Assembly (NCBI GenBank): GCA_021772615.1
Contig: JAJFLQ010000116.1
Location: 97,744-161,743 of the forward strand
DNA length: 64,000 nt
Origin: Verrucomicrobiota bacterium
GTDB taxonomy: Bacteria; Verrucomicrobiota; Lentisphaeria; JABSQK01; JAJFLO01
Reading direction: 5' to 3'
The notes under the pieces were generated by a model that saw only the letters and a list, made by a program, of their open reading frames with translations, had not been told where the DNA came from and made no database searches. This document shows positions 1 to 9,018 of this stretch, piece by piece; within the stretch, counting starts at the first letter, position 1; every line of letters starts with the position of its first letter. The position numbers and the translations under genes were made by a program.

Positions 1-1085
1 TCCAGCACCAGATCGGCGTCGAGCACGACGATTTCGGAATGGTTGCGCGCCTGCCTCAACAGCGCGTCACCGTAAGCAGGAATGAGGCGTTGGGGCTGCA
101 GCTCCGACGGCTGTGCGGACGCGCAGCGGTTCCCGGATTCATCCGGCGCGCGCTGCAGCGCCAGCCCTGCGCCGCCGACCGCCCGCACAAGGCGATCGGC
201 TTCCGCCGCCAACTCATCCATCGCGCAGCGGTAAACATCGGTGTCGGGCGCGCCGCTGTGATACGCATACAATGCCTGATCCGGCGCCATCGCCGTGTGT
301 TCCATAAAGGAGACGCCGCGCCCTTTCACCGTATCGGCGATGATCACTTTCGGGCGGTCGTCTACGGCGCGATTCGCTGCAATGACACCGCCGAATGCAG
401 CTACATCATGACCGTCGCAGCGCGCGACATGCCAGCCGAATGCCGCACATTTCGCTTCGATCGCACCCAAGTCGCTGACACGAGACACCAGGGTGTCGGA
501 CTGCACTTTGTTGTGATCGACAATCACGGTTATCTCACACATACCGAGATTGGCGGCCGACGCCAGTGATTCCCATATCTGCCCTTCCTGCAGTTCGCCG
601 TCGCCGGTCATGACGTAGATGTGCCGTCGTCGTCCCACAATACGATCGGCCAGGACCATGCCTTTGGCTTTCGATATGCCCATCCCCAGCGAGCCGGTAT
701 TAGCAGCGATACCGGGTATCGCAATATCCGGGTGCCCCGGCAACCCGTCCATACGCCGGAGTCGATGGATGAGATCGAAATCAAGACGACCAATCCCGGT
801 AAGTACTGCGTAAAGTCCGGGAGCATCGTGCCCCTTGGACGAAAAATACACGTCCTCGCAGGCGCCATCGGGCCGGAAGCTCCGCAATGTGTCAAGATAC
901 AGCCAGCTCACGATATCAAGACTGCTGAAACTGCTGCCGATATGGCCGGAACCCGCCCGCATGATCATGTACAACGTATTGATCCGCGCGAGGGCGGCGA
1001 AGGCACGCACCCGCTCCGTCGCAGCAACATCCGCTGCGACAACGCCGTGAAACACGTCCTGCGACACGTATTGCAGATCAGTCAT
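1..1085 (-). CDS. tkt: Transketolase (partial; the protein's C-terminal end lies beyond position 1). The reading frame runs from the TPP-binding N-terminal domain into the start of the pyrimidine-binding domain, so it appears to be a fused single-chain enzyme.
   Basis: Minus-strand translation from the ATG at 1083-1085 begins MTDLQYVSQ. It contains GSGHIGSSFSSLDIVSWLY (the transketolase GH motif) and YVMTGDGELQEGQIWE (TPP/Mg binding). After the N-domain it continues with ...IVVLDADLVLD, typical of the start of the C-terminal domain. The ORF is open to the window edge, so it is missing from the ORF track because no stop lies in the window. Confidence 0.8.
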   Translation of the reverse strand, partial: MTDLQYVSQDVFHGVVAADVAATERVRAFAALARINTLYMIMRAGSGHIGSSFSSLDIVSWLYLDTLRSFRPDGACEDVYFSSKGHDAPGLYAVLTGIGRLDFDLIHRLRRMDGLPGHPDIAIPGIAANTGSLGMGISKAKGMVLADRIVGRRRHIYVMTGDGELQEGQIWESLASAANLGMCEITVIVDHNKVQSDTLVSRVSDLGAIEAKCAAFGWHVARCDGHDVAAFGGVIAANRAVDDRPKVIIADTVKGRGVSFMEHTAMAPDQALYAYHSGAPDTDVYRCAMDELAAEADRLVRAVGGAGLALQRAPDESGNRCASAQPSELQPQRLIPAYGDALLRQARNHSEIVVLDADLVL

Positions 1086-1845
1086 GGCGGGTGTCCGGGG
1101 TTGTCACAGGCTGGATCTCTGGAAGCGTTACCAGTCCCGTTGCAAGCAGATACTCGACGTACGACCAGTCCGCCGGCACGTTGATATCGACGCCTTCGTA
1201 GTCGACGGTTTCGAACGGCATCACAACGCTGCCGGCAATAGAACGGCCGGCGAGGACGATACGAGTCCACGCGATCTCCAGCGACGCGTTCTGCACATAG
1301 ACTTCGGGCAGGGCTTGGTACGGGCTGCTGTGCCAGGGGCGACCGCTGTGTTCGAACGGCAACAGCGGCAGCATTTTGCCGGCGCGCACCACCCACATCT
1401 TGCCCGGATGCTCGCGGCACCTCTCGACCGCACGTAGCGAATCCACATCGCACTCGGCCAGAAACACCGACCAGGCCCGACGAATCGTCGCCGCCCGGCG
1501 AAACGGACTTGTCGGTCGCAGAATCGCGAAGCAATCGTATAGACAGCCATCGGCGCGCAGTCGGCTTAGGGTGTAGTACACCCAGTCGATGTCCGGTGAA
1601 CCGCCTGCGGCCATGGCCGCAGGCCGCAGGAACGGCGTCTCGGCGCCGTAGTCGCGTGCGATAGCTGCATAGGACTCGGAGTCTGTGGATACCACCACGC
1701 TTTTAAAAATACCGCTTTCCTGCGCCGCGACGATGCTGTAGGCAAGCAAAGGATGACCATTCAGCTTGCGGACATTCTTGCCGGGAAGCCGGTTCGAGCC
1801 GGCTCGCGCCGGGATCAATGCAATAATGCTTGGCGTGTCAGGCAT
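1078..1845 (-). CDS. Acylneuraminate (CMP-nonulosonate) cytidylyltransferase, NeuA/CTP_transf_3 family
   Basis: The N-terminus IALIPARAGSNRLPGKNVRKLNGHPLL matches the CMP-sialic acid synthetase signature (IPARGGSKGIPxKN). It is 255 aa and overlaps the tkt start by 8 bp, consistent with an operon. Confidence 0.8.
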   Translation of the reverse strand: MPDTPSIIALIPARAGSNRLPGKNVRKLNGHPLLAYSIVAAQESGIFKSVVVSTDSESYAAIARDYGAETPFLRPAAMAAGGSPDIDWVYYTLSRLRADGCLYDCFAILRPTSPFRRAATIRRAWSVFLAECDVDSLRAVERCREHPGKMWVVRAGKMLPLLPFEHSGRPWHSSPYQALPEVYVQNASLEIAWTRIVLAGRSIAGSVVMPFETVDYEGVDINVPADWSYVEYLLATGLVTLPEIQPVTTPDTRHD

Positions 1846-1940
1846 GGTTATGAACGTTGGTTACGGGAGGGATAGGACGGATCGGTCGGATCAGTCTGAT
1901 CGGCCTCGCCACTCCAATCAGTCCCAACCGCATCGCCGCG

Positions 1941-3404
1941 CTAGAGCGCCTTGGGGTCGACATTGATGTAGACGTCTTTCAACTCGGAGTACACATCGAG
2001 CGCCTCCGTTCCGGGTTCGCGCCAACCGTTTCCGGAATGCTTCGGTCCGCCGAACGGCATGTGTGGTTCGCTGCCATATGTACCGGCGTTCACAACCACG
2101 GCGCCGGCCTCGACTTTCTGTGTAAACACCTGTGCTCGGTGCAGACTTGCCGTATGAATACACGCCGTCAGGCCGTAGGGCGAGTCATTCGCCATGGCCA
2201 GCGCCTGCCGGAATCCCTTGACACGGTACAGGCATGCGACCGGTCCGAACAACTCGTGCGTCGAGATCTCACTGCGCGGTCCAGCTTTCTCGATGAGCGT
2301 CGGCGCCATATAAAACCCGTCGCGATGCTCCGAATCGAGGAGTCGCGAGCCGCCGGTGAGTATCGTCGCTCCATTGTCGTTTGCGCGAGAGACGACAGCC
2401 ACCATGCGCTCGAGCTGTTTGAGATTAATCACCGGTCCGAGATCGTTCTGGTCGGTCGGTCCGAGCGTGAGTTTCCGGGTCCTTTCGATCAGGCGCTCGC
2501 AAAACGCGTCGTAAATCGCGTCGAATATAATGATGCGACTGGCCGCCGCGCATCGCTGGCCGGCATTACTGAACGCCGAAAGCAGTGTCCACTCAACAGC
2601 TTTCTCCATGTCAGCATCGTCGCAGACCACGAGAGGATTCTTGCCTCCAAGCTCCAGCGACACCCGCGCCAGACGCTGCCCCGCCAGTGCCGCGATCCGT
2701 CGGCCGACCTCCGTTGATCCGGTAAAACTGATAAGATCAACAGCAGGATGCGCCACCAGCGGGCCTCCGGCCTCCGGCCCAAGCCCATGCACCACATTCA
2801 ATACACCGGGCGGAAGCCCTGCATCCGCCGCGATGCGGCTGAAGGCCCAGGCCGTTGCCGGCGTGTCCTCGGCGGCCTTTAACACTGCGGTGTTACCGCA
2901 GATCAATGCCGGGAAAACCTTCCATGCCACGTTGGCTATCGGCGTATTGGCAGCAATGATCAAACCCGCCACACCGACAGGACCGCGGATGGTCATCGCC
3001 GATTTATTCGGCACCGCGCTGGTTGTGGTCCGACCATATAGTCTGCGTCCCTCGCCGGCCATGAACATACCGAGTTCGACTGCGCCGCCGGTTTCACCGA
3101 GAGCGTCCCGCGGGCACTTACCGGTTTCGAGAGCGACAATCGCTGCCACCTCTTCCTGGCGGTCACGAAGCGCCAGCGCAACATCCCGCAGGATATCGCC
3201 CCGGCGCACCGGCGTAAGGTCCGCCCACCCCGGCTGTGCCGCACACGAAGCAGCGATCGCGGCCTCCACATCGCCTGTACGTGAGCGCGCAAATGTGCAG
3301 ATCTCACTGCCGTCGTGAGGATTGCGCTTGCTTAACACATCACCAGATTCAGCTGGGGCCTCACAGCCATTAATGGTGTTCAAAATTACGGCCGGAATTG
3401 TCAT
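1941..3404 (-). CDS. Aldehyde dehydrogenase family protein (NAD(P)-dependent)
   Basis: A 487-aa product with the ALDH motifs ELGGKNP and FTGSTEVG, a catalytic Cys region (QRCAAASR), and the length typical of the family. Confidence 0.85.
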   Translation of the reverse strand: MTIPAVILNTINGCEAPAESGDVLSKRNPHDGSEICTFARSRTGDVEAAIAASCAAQPGWADLTPVRRGDILRDVALALRDRQEEVAAIVALETGKCPRDALGETGGAVELGMFMAGEGRRLYGRTTTSAVPNKSAMTIRGPVGVAGLIIAANTPIANVAWKVFPALICGNTAVLKAAEDTPATAWAFSRIAADAGLPPGVLNVVHGLGPEAGGPLVAHPAVDLISFTGSTEVGRRIAALAGQRLARVSLELGGKNPLVVCDDADMEKAVEWTLLSAFSNAGQRCAAASRIIIFDAIYDAFCERLIERTRKLTLGPTDQNDLGPVINLKQLERMVAVVSRANDNGATILTGGSRLLDSEHRDGFYMAPTLIEKAGPRSEISTHELFGPVACLYRVKGFRQALAMANDSPYGLTACIHTASLHRAQVFTQKVEAGAVVVNAGTYGSEPHMPFGGPKHSGNGWREPGTEALDVYSELKDVYINVDPKAL

Positions 3405-3441
3405 CGTCCAAGAGTCCTCTTCACTTGTTCATGCCGTCCTC

Positions 3442-4260
3442 TCACCATGCCGTCCAGCCACCGTCCACAACCAGATTCGCACCTGTCATATACGATGATG
3501 CATCCGAGATCAGAAAAACGATCACGCCGTCGTACTCGCCGACCCGCGCCATCCGGCTCAGCGGCGTGCGGCTGCAATACGCTTCGAGAAAGGCATTGTC
3601 CTGATTGTCGAACACACCGCCGAATGTGATGGTGTTGGCGCGAACATTCTGGTGTCCCCAGTAGGTGGCTACGTACCGTGTGAGATTCAATATTGCCGAC
3701 TTCGACGCCGAGTAGGCTACCGGCTTATAAAACGGCGGCCCGGATTCCCGACGGTAGTCATAGATCCGCTGGTCCGGTGATACGATGCCATAGATTGAGC
3801 TGATATTGATAATCGATCCTCGGCCGGCTCGTGCCATCGACGCTCCCACAACCTGGCAGCACAAAAACGGACCTTTTATGTTCACATCGAACACGGCGTC
3901 CCACGCCATCTCGGGGTAATTCTCGAATGCACCGTTTTCCGCCGTCGAGGCATCCGGAGGGGCGTCCAACCCCGCGTTATTCACCAGAGCGTCCGGGGTA
4001 CCCCACCTTGCTTCGACCAGGGACAACGCGTCGAGGATGGCAGCTTTGTCGGTGATATCGACTTCAAGGAAACATACATTCGATTGGTGCGCCTGATCGC
4101 CGAATCGAGCTTGAACAACTTCCGGATTACAGCAAATGTCAAACACCGCCACATTCGCGCCCCTCGCGATCAGAGCGAGGACGTATCCGCGGCCCAACCG
4201 CCCCAATCCGCCGGTGACGATCACGATCTTATCCTTAATATCAAAACAATCACGCGCCAT
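3442..4260 (-). CDS. Short-chain dehydrogenase/reductase (SDR) family oxidoreductase
   Basis: The N-terminal Rossmann motif VTGGLGRLGRGY and the catalytic YSASKSA (YxxxK) motif are present in a 272-aa product. Confidence 0.85.
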   Translation of the reverse strand: MARDCFDIKDKIVIVTGGLGRLGRGYVLALIARGANVAVFDICCNPEVVQARFGDQAHQSNVCFLEVDITDKAAILDALSLVEARWGTPDALVNNAGLDAPPDASTAENGAFENYPEMAWDAVFDVNIKGPFLCCQVVGASMARAGRGSIINISSIYGIVSPDQRIYDYRRESGPPFYKPVAYSASKSAILNLTRYVATYWGHQNVRANTITFGGVFDNQDNAFLEAYCSRTPLSRMARVGEYDGVIVFLISDASSYMTGANLVVDGGWTAW

Positions 4261-4804
4261 CGGGCCGACCGTCTTCGATCCACACGTATCTTATGAGATC
4301 ACATACCTCACGCACGGCCCCGTGACCACCGGCAGCGCGGGTCGTGTACACGCCGAGCGCAGCCACGTCCGGGTGCGCGTCGCACACCACGATCGGCAGT
4401 CCCACACAGCGCAGACAGCATGCGTCATTGATATCGTTGCCGACGAATGCGACCTCGTCCAGGCTGCGGCAACCAACCATATCCAGATGCGTCTCCAGCG
4501 CACTGCTTTTGTCGAGACAACCTTGCACCCATGCGATGCCGAGCTTCCGGCAGCGTGCCTCAACAACCGGATTGGTCTCACTCGAAATAACCACTGTCGC
4601 CACACCGAGTCGCTCAAGGCGCGCGGTCCCAATGCCGTCGCCGCGCCAGCACCTTATCGACTCTACGCCGTGTTGATCCACAAAAACAGTGTTGTCGGTG
4701 AACACACCGTCGAAATCAAAGGCCACCAGGCGAATAGCGAGTATACGCTCCGTCAATTCGGACGATAATTGATAATCCATCCCGGCAGTGTTCATGAGAG
4801 ACAC
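4250..4804 (-). CDS. HAD-IIIA KdsC-family sugar-acid phosphate phosphatase (KDN-9-P / Neu5Ac-9-P / KDO-8-P phosphatase-like)
   Basis: FDFDGVFTDN is the HAD motif I (DxDGV) and GNDINDA is the HAD motif IV. The 184-aa size matches KdsC-type phosphatases. The gene overlaps the upstream NeuB-type synthase and the downstream SDR. Confidence 0.8.
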   Translation of the reverse strand: MSLMNTAGMDYQLSSELTERILAIRLVAFDFDGVFTDNTVFVDQHGVESIRCWRGDGIGTARLERLGVATVVISSETNPVVEARCRKLGIAWVQGCLDKSSALETHLDMVGCRSLDEVAFVGNDINDACCLRCVGLPIVVCDAHPDVAALGVYTTRAAGGHGAVREVCDLIRYVWIEDGRPDGA

Positions 4805-5841
4805 TCCAATGTGAATGCCTCATCGGCCTCCAGAGTGCGCGAAAGCGTCCCGCCGATTACTGCGTCGATCGCGTACGGCGGTAAGCCTTCTCCGGGTGAC
4901 TTGATGGCGACGTCGGCAGCAGTGACAACATGACCGACAGCAAGACCACGCGACGCGACCAGTTGCTTGCCCAGCTTACGAACGGCAGCCGCTTCAGAAG
5001 GATACGGCCTTTTGACGCCGTCGCCCAGGGCGGCACGGGCGCGGCGCAGATCACGGACCAGCTTGCGCAGCCCCGGTCGCTCGAGCGAAAATGCGTGGTC
5101 AGTGCCCTTTGACGCACGATCGAGGGTGAAGTGTTTCTCGATCACACGCGCACCGAGTACATACGAGACAAGCCCCATGGCGATGCCGCTGTCATGCCCG
5201 GAATATCCGATAACGGTGTCTGGATAGCGCTCGCGATAGGTCGAGATCACACGAAGATTCAGCTCCTCATAGGCAGGTGGATATCCGGCCGTGCTCTGCA
5301 GCAGGCAGATCCGATTGTTTAGCGATCGAACCGCGTCGACCGCGCGGTCGACGTCCTCGATCGTCCCGCCACCGGTACTGATAAGCATTGGCTTCCCGAA
5401 CGCCGCGACGTGGGTGAGGAGGGGAATATTGACCAGGTCGGCCGATGCAAACTTGTATGCCGGCATATCGAGGCGGTAAAGAAAGTCCGCGCTCGGTATG
5501 TCGAAAGCTGTGGCAAAAAACGTGATTCCTATGGAGTCAGCATAGACCTGGAGGACACGATATTCGGCTTCACTAAACTCGAGATGCTCACGGTGCTTAC
5601 CATACGTAGCGCCATAGCTGTTCTCGTTGTCATACGGCCGGTCGTAATAGGCGCGCGTAAAAAGCGATCGATTGTCTCGCTTCTGCAGCTTCACGGCATT
5701 GGCGCCACACTCGGCAGCCGCCTTGAACATGGCCTTGGCGATTGTGATATCGCCTTGATGATTGTGACCGATTTCGGCGATAACATACGCATCACTACCG
5801 TCGTCTATGTCGCAAGAATCGATTGTAAGTGTTCGCGTCAT
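4792..5841 (-). CDS. NeuB-family nonulosonate synthase with C-terminal SAF domain (N-acetylneuraminate / KDN-9-P synthase-like)
   Basis: YVIAEIGHNHQGDI...AVKLQK is the NeuB signature. The C-terminus looks like a SAF/antifreeze-like domain. The ORF could extend to 5892, but the ATG at 5841 has a GGGGAAACGGGA ribosome-binding site immediately upstream, so I prefer it as the start. Confidence 0.85.
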   Translation of the reverse strand: MTRTLTIDSCDIDDGSDAYVIAEIGHNHQGDITIAKAMFKAAAECGANAVKLQKRDNRSLFTRAYYDRPYDNENSYGATYGKHREHLEFSEAEYRVLQVYADSIGITFFATAFDIPSADFLYRLDMPAYKFASADLVNIPLLTHVAAFGKPMLISTGGGTIEDVDRAVDAVRSLNNRICLLQSTAGYPPAYEELNLRVISTYRERYPDTVIGYSGHDSGIAMGLVSYVLGARVIEKHFTLDRASKGTDHAFSLERPGLRKLVRDLRRARAALGDGVKRPYPSEAAAVRKLGKQLVASRGLAVGHVVTAADVAIKSPGEGLPPYAIDAVIGGTLSRTLEADEAFTLECLS

Positions 5842-6123
5842 TCCCGTTTCCCCAATCTTCGACCCGGTCCGATACATCGACGCGGCAGACATGGCGTTCG
5901 CGATTGATGCCTCAGGAGCGGTCGATGCAAAGGCGATACAGTACGCCGGGCCTCACGAAATAAAAGCAACGAGACCCAGCCAATTCCAGGAACGACATAG
6001 ACTTGTCGCGGCGTATCACCAAGGGCATAGTAGTATGCGTCTGACGCAGCGGATGATCTTGTGCGATACGATAACGCATGCGAACCACCGTCGCCGTATT
6101 CTTAACAAGGAATCATTGGCGCC

Positions 6124-6160
6124 GCGGCGTGAAACCCACACTGAAGTGTGAACTCCAACG
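6124..6160 (+). repeat. Hairpin repeat family, B-type copy
   Basis: gcggcgtgaaacccacactgaagtgtgaactccaacg. Confidence 0.8.
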
Positions 6161-6338
6161 TCATGTCTTGCAAAGGACGGTCATTATTCAACGTCATTGC
6201 ATGAGTACACGACCATGTCTTTACCTGCGACGATTTGTTCTGGAACACGATATTTTGGAAACGAATTGAACGCAGCCCACCCCGCGTTTTTCGGTGCAGA
6301 GTCGCTAAAACGCCCAAACAACAATCAGGAGCCATAAC

Positions 6339-6788
6339 ATGCACAACATCATCACGAGCTTTCGAACCATGGCTGTAGCGACAGCCGTTCTCATTTCATT
6401 CATGCAGCAATCGGCGTGGTCGAGGGACAGGCCGCCAAGAGGCGGTGATAAGGAACAGAATGCGCCTGAAGAATCGGTAACTATTGATAAGGTCGTATTC
6501 TCCGAAGAAAACGGTATTTTCAAGTTTACTGAGTACAACCCGAGCAATAACAGGAAATATGGCCAGAAAATTCGCAAGGTGACGTATATACGACCGAGTG
6601 CAATCGTTTCGATGGAACTTGACGTTATTAAGGACAATCCATATCTGATTATCACGACGGAGAATAACCTGAATCAGGACAAGGTATTTCGGATTCTCGT
6701 TGAAGATATTGACGATACACAACGGAAAATCGACAAAATTCTCAGTCGAACAGACAAAAATTTGCTGCACGGTGTGAATCCGAAGTAA
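6339..6788 (+). CDS. Hypothetical secreted protein (N-terminal signal peptide)
   Basis: A 149-aa ORF whose N-terminus MAVATAVLISFMQQSAWS reads as a signal peptide. The region has visibly lower GC than its flanks, and there is a GGAG ribosome-binding site before the ATG. I recognise no domain. Confidence 0.5.
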   Translation: MHNIITSFRTMAVATAVLISFMQQSAWSRDRPPRGGDKEQNAPEESVTIDKVVFSEENGIFKFTEYNPSNNRKYGQKIRKVTYIRPSAIVSMELDVIKDNPYLIITTENNLNQDKVFRILVEDIDDTQRKIDKILSRTDKNLLHGVNPK

Positions 6789-6820
6789 CGACGATATATC
6801 TCCGGGTCACGCAATCCAAC

Positions 6821-7114
6821 TTGACGCCGAGCAGGAGCCTACACATAAACACTGAACATAGAAACACAACATACTGGCGTAAGAACCTGCAGTACCTGGC
6901 GGTACTGTTATGCCTGTGGTTCGGTGTGTCGCTGGGGTGCGGGATTCTCTTTATTGACACTCTGGATCGCTTCGAGATTGGTGGATTCAAGCTCGGCTTC
7001 TGGTTTGCACAGCAAGGATCGATCTACGCCTTCGTCGCGATCATTTTCACGTATGTCTTTTTGATGAATCGTCTCGACAAGCAGTACGAGGCCGACAAGC
7101 GGGACGACGCCTGA
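6821..7114 (+). CDS. DUF4212 protein (putative solute:sodium symporter small subunit). It has a non-ATG (TTG) start and no adjacent transporter gene, so it may be a decaying gene.
   Basis: YWRKNLQYLAVLLCLWFGVSLGCGILF ... GFWFAQQGS matches the DUF4212 pattern. No in-frame ATG exists. Immediately downstream is only a 12-codon remnant, ATGGCCGAGGGTATGGACGTACGAACCTGGACATTGTGA. Confidence 0.5.
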   Translation: MTPSRSLHINTEHRNTTYWRKNLQYLAVLLCLWFGVSLGCGILFIDTLDRFEIGGFKLGFWFAQQGSIYAFVAIIFTYVFLMNRLDKQYEADKRDDA

Positions 7115-7489
7115 TGGCCGAGGGTATGGACGTACGAACCTGGACATTGTGATTCTGCGGACGTCGGTGCGGAACCCGGCGGGCAATGAATCGGGGCCAA
7201 TACGTCGGTTTTGTGTTCATGACGCGGAAAAAGCACCAGCTAAAGCTTTGAGGTCCAAGGAAGTGCGTACGATATTGCCGACTGCGATGATCAATGTATA
7301 ACGCCGAATACCGACATTGTATGTACCGGCTCCAGGTGGCGCGCCCGATCTGGCAGCCTGAGTCGCTCTTCGGTTCGAACGGTGCAGAACCCGGCTGAGC
7401 GGCAAGTAAAAAACCGGAAACACTGACGGACATGTCCCGGCTGAAGCCGGGTAAAGGCTTCCGACTGAAGTCGGTACTCAGAGGATTCT

Positions 7490-8875
7490 TTAGTGTTGCG
7501 TTTCCATTCGATCGGCAACGTCGATCGCCATTGTTCTTGCCGGGTGCCTGGTAGAGGTTCCGGTCAGTTCGACAAGGTCCTCTGCATCCTCGCTTGCCTC
7601 TATGAGCCAGCGACGACGAGCCTCGTCCTGAGTCCACGCATCCGCATGGTCACATCGATCGAGTGCGATCAAAAGCTCGGTCGTAGATTGTGGACGCCGT
7701 TCCGGCTGCTTTTCGAGACAATGCAGTATCACTGATTCGAAGTCTGCCGAGATGCGATTGCTGCACCGTTTGGACGGTGCTTCCGGCGTATTGCTGAGAT
7801 GAGCCTGAAACGTTTCGTATGCACTTTTTTCCTCGAACACATTCGTTCCGGTTACCAGAAAATACGCTAATGCTCCCAACGAATAGATGTCGCTCAATTC
7901 GTCGACACAGTCGGGTGTTATAATGCTTTCGGGCGACATGTATGGCGGTGTCCCCGCCAGTTCGGAGCCGGTCGAGGGTGCCTCGAAGGGATTGTTTTCA
8001 TCGATATTCTTGACAATCCCGAAGTCAAGCAGCTTGGCGAACCCGAATATCCCGCCGCGCTTGCAGATCATGACATTCGCCGGCTTGATGTCGCGATGGA
8101 TCAATCCGCATTCGTGCGCTTCTTCCAACGATGAGACGACCTGCGCGAGTATATAAATCACCCGTGCCTCCGGCAGCGCGCCGAAGCGTTCCACCAGTTC
8201 CTTTAGATTGAGTCCCGGCAGATACTCCATTGCATAATAAAAAATCCCTTCAGGCGTCCGACCGTAGTCGTAGACCACGATCGTGTTCGGATGCGACAGT
8301 TGACTCGTGAGCTGCACCTCCTGCTCGAAGTAATCGAGAATCTGCTCGTTCACTTTCCTGGGTTTCAGGAGCTTCACAGCCGTTGGCCGCCGCAACATCG
8401 CGTGACGGGCGACATAGACTTCGGCCATGCCACCGGTACCGATCTGCCGGTGAAGCGTGTACTGTCCGAGCTTCTTGACCTGGGACAGGGCCTGACTGCG
8501 TTCGAGACAGTGGTTTATTCGCGCCTCAAGCAAGGTGGGATTGAATGGCTTCGTAAGATAGTCGTCGGCACCGATACGAATGCATTCTACAACTTTCTCG
8601 ATCGCCTCGTTTCCGGACAGCATGATCACCGGTACACCGGCCCGCCGTGGATCGTTCTTTAGCCGCGACAACAACGTGAGCCCGTCCATATTCGGCATGG
8701 TGAGGTCCAGCAGAATCAGGTCGGGGTGATGTCCGCCATCGAGCAGCTCCAGCGCACAGTTACCGTCGTTTGCAACGACGGATTCATGTCCCAGGGTGTC
8801 GACAAAGTCTGCCAGGATACTCTGGTAGATCCGGGTGTCATCGACAATCAAAATGTTGGACTTCTGGACGGACAT
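7490..8875 (-). CDS. Response-regulator receiver domain fused to a Ser/Thr protein kinase (REC-STK hybrid)
   Basis: The N-terminal REC domain (ILIVDDTRIYQS...DLILLDLTMPNMDG...GADDYLTKPF) is followed by a Hanks-type kinase with GTGGMAEVY (the P-loop), HRDIKPANVM, DFGI and YMSPE motifs. Confidence 0.85.
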   Translation of the reverse strand: MSVQKSNILIVDDTRIYQSILADFVDTLGHESVVANDGNCALELLDGGHHPDLILLDLTMPNMDGLTLLSRLKNDPRRAGVPVIMLSGNEAIEKVVECIRIGADDYLTKPFNPTLLEARINHCLERSQALSQVKKLGQYTLHRQIGTGGMAEVYVARHAMLRRPTAVKLLKPRKVNEQILDYFEQEVQLTSQLSHPNTIVVYDYGRTPEGIFYYAMEYLPGLNLKELVERFGALPEARVIYILAQVVSSLEEAHECGLIHRDIKPANVMICKRGGIFGFAKLLDFGIVKNIDENNPFEAPSTGSELAGTPPYMSPESIITPDCVDELSDIYSLGALAYFLVTGTNVFEEKSAYETFQAHLSNTPEAPSKRCSNRISADFESVILHCLEKQPERRPQSTTELLIALDRCDHADAWTQDEARRRWLIEASEDAEDLVELTGTSTRHPARTMAIDVADRMETQH

Positions 8876-9018
8876 AATGGCTGACAGCCCTATTCTGATC
8901 CATTCATGAATATTTCCCGAATCCGCGAAATCTTGCGGCGTATCAACGCGACCATTTAGGCATTACGTGCACCGCGAGTCGCGTACGCGAAATTAACGTT
9001 ATGCGACGCGCGTACGTG

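Noticed and set aside
39-1184. Plus-strand ORFs 39-569, 113-307, 619-813 and 621-1184
   Set aside because: All are antisense to the transketolase reading frame, which has unambiguous family motifs. They are GC-rich frame artefacts.
7047-7637. 196-aa minus-strand ORF in the gap between DUF4212 and the REC-kinase
   Set aside because: It has an Arg/Cys/Ser-rich low-complexity translation, it overlaps the 3' end of the real kinase gene, and it sits in hairpin-dense non-coding DNA. It is most likely spurious.
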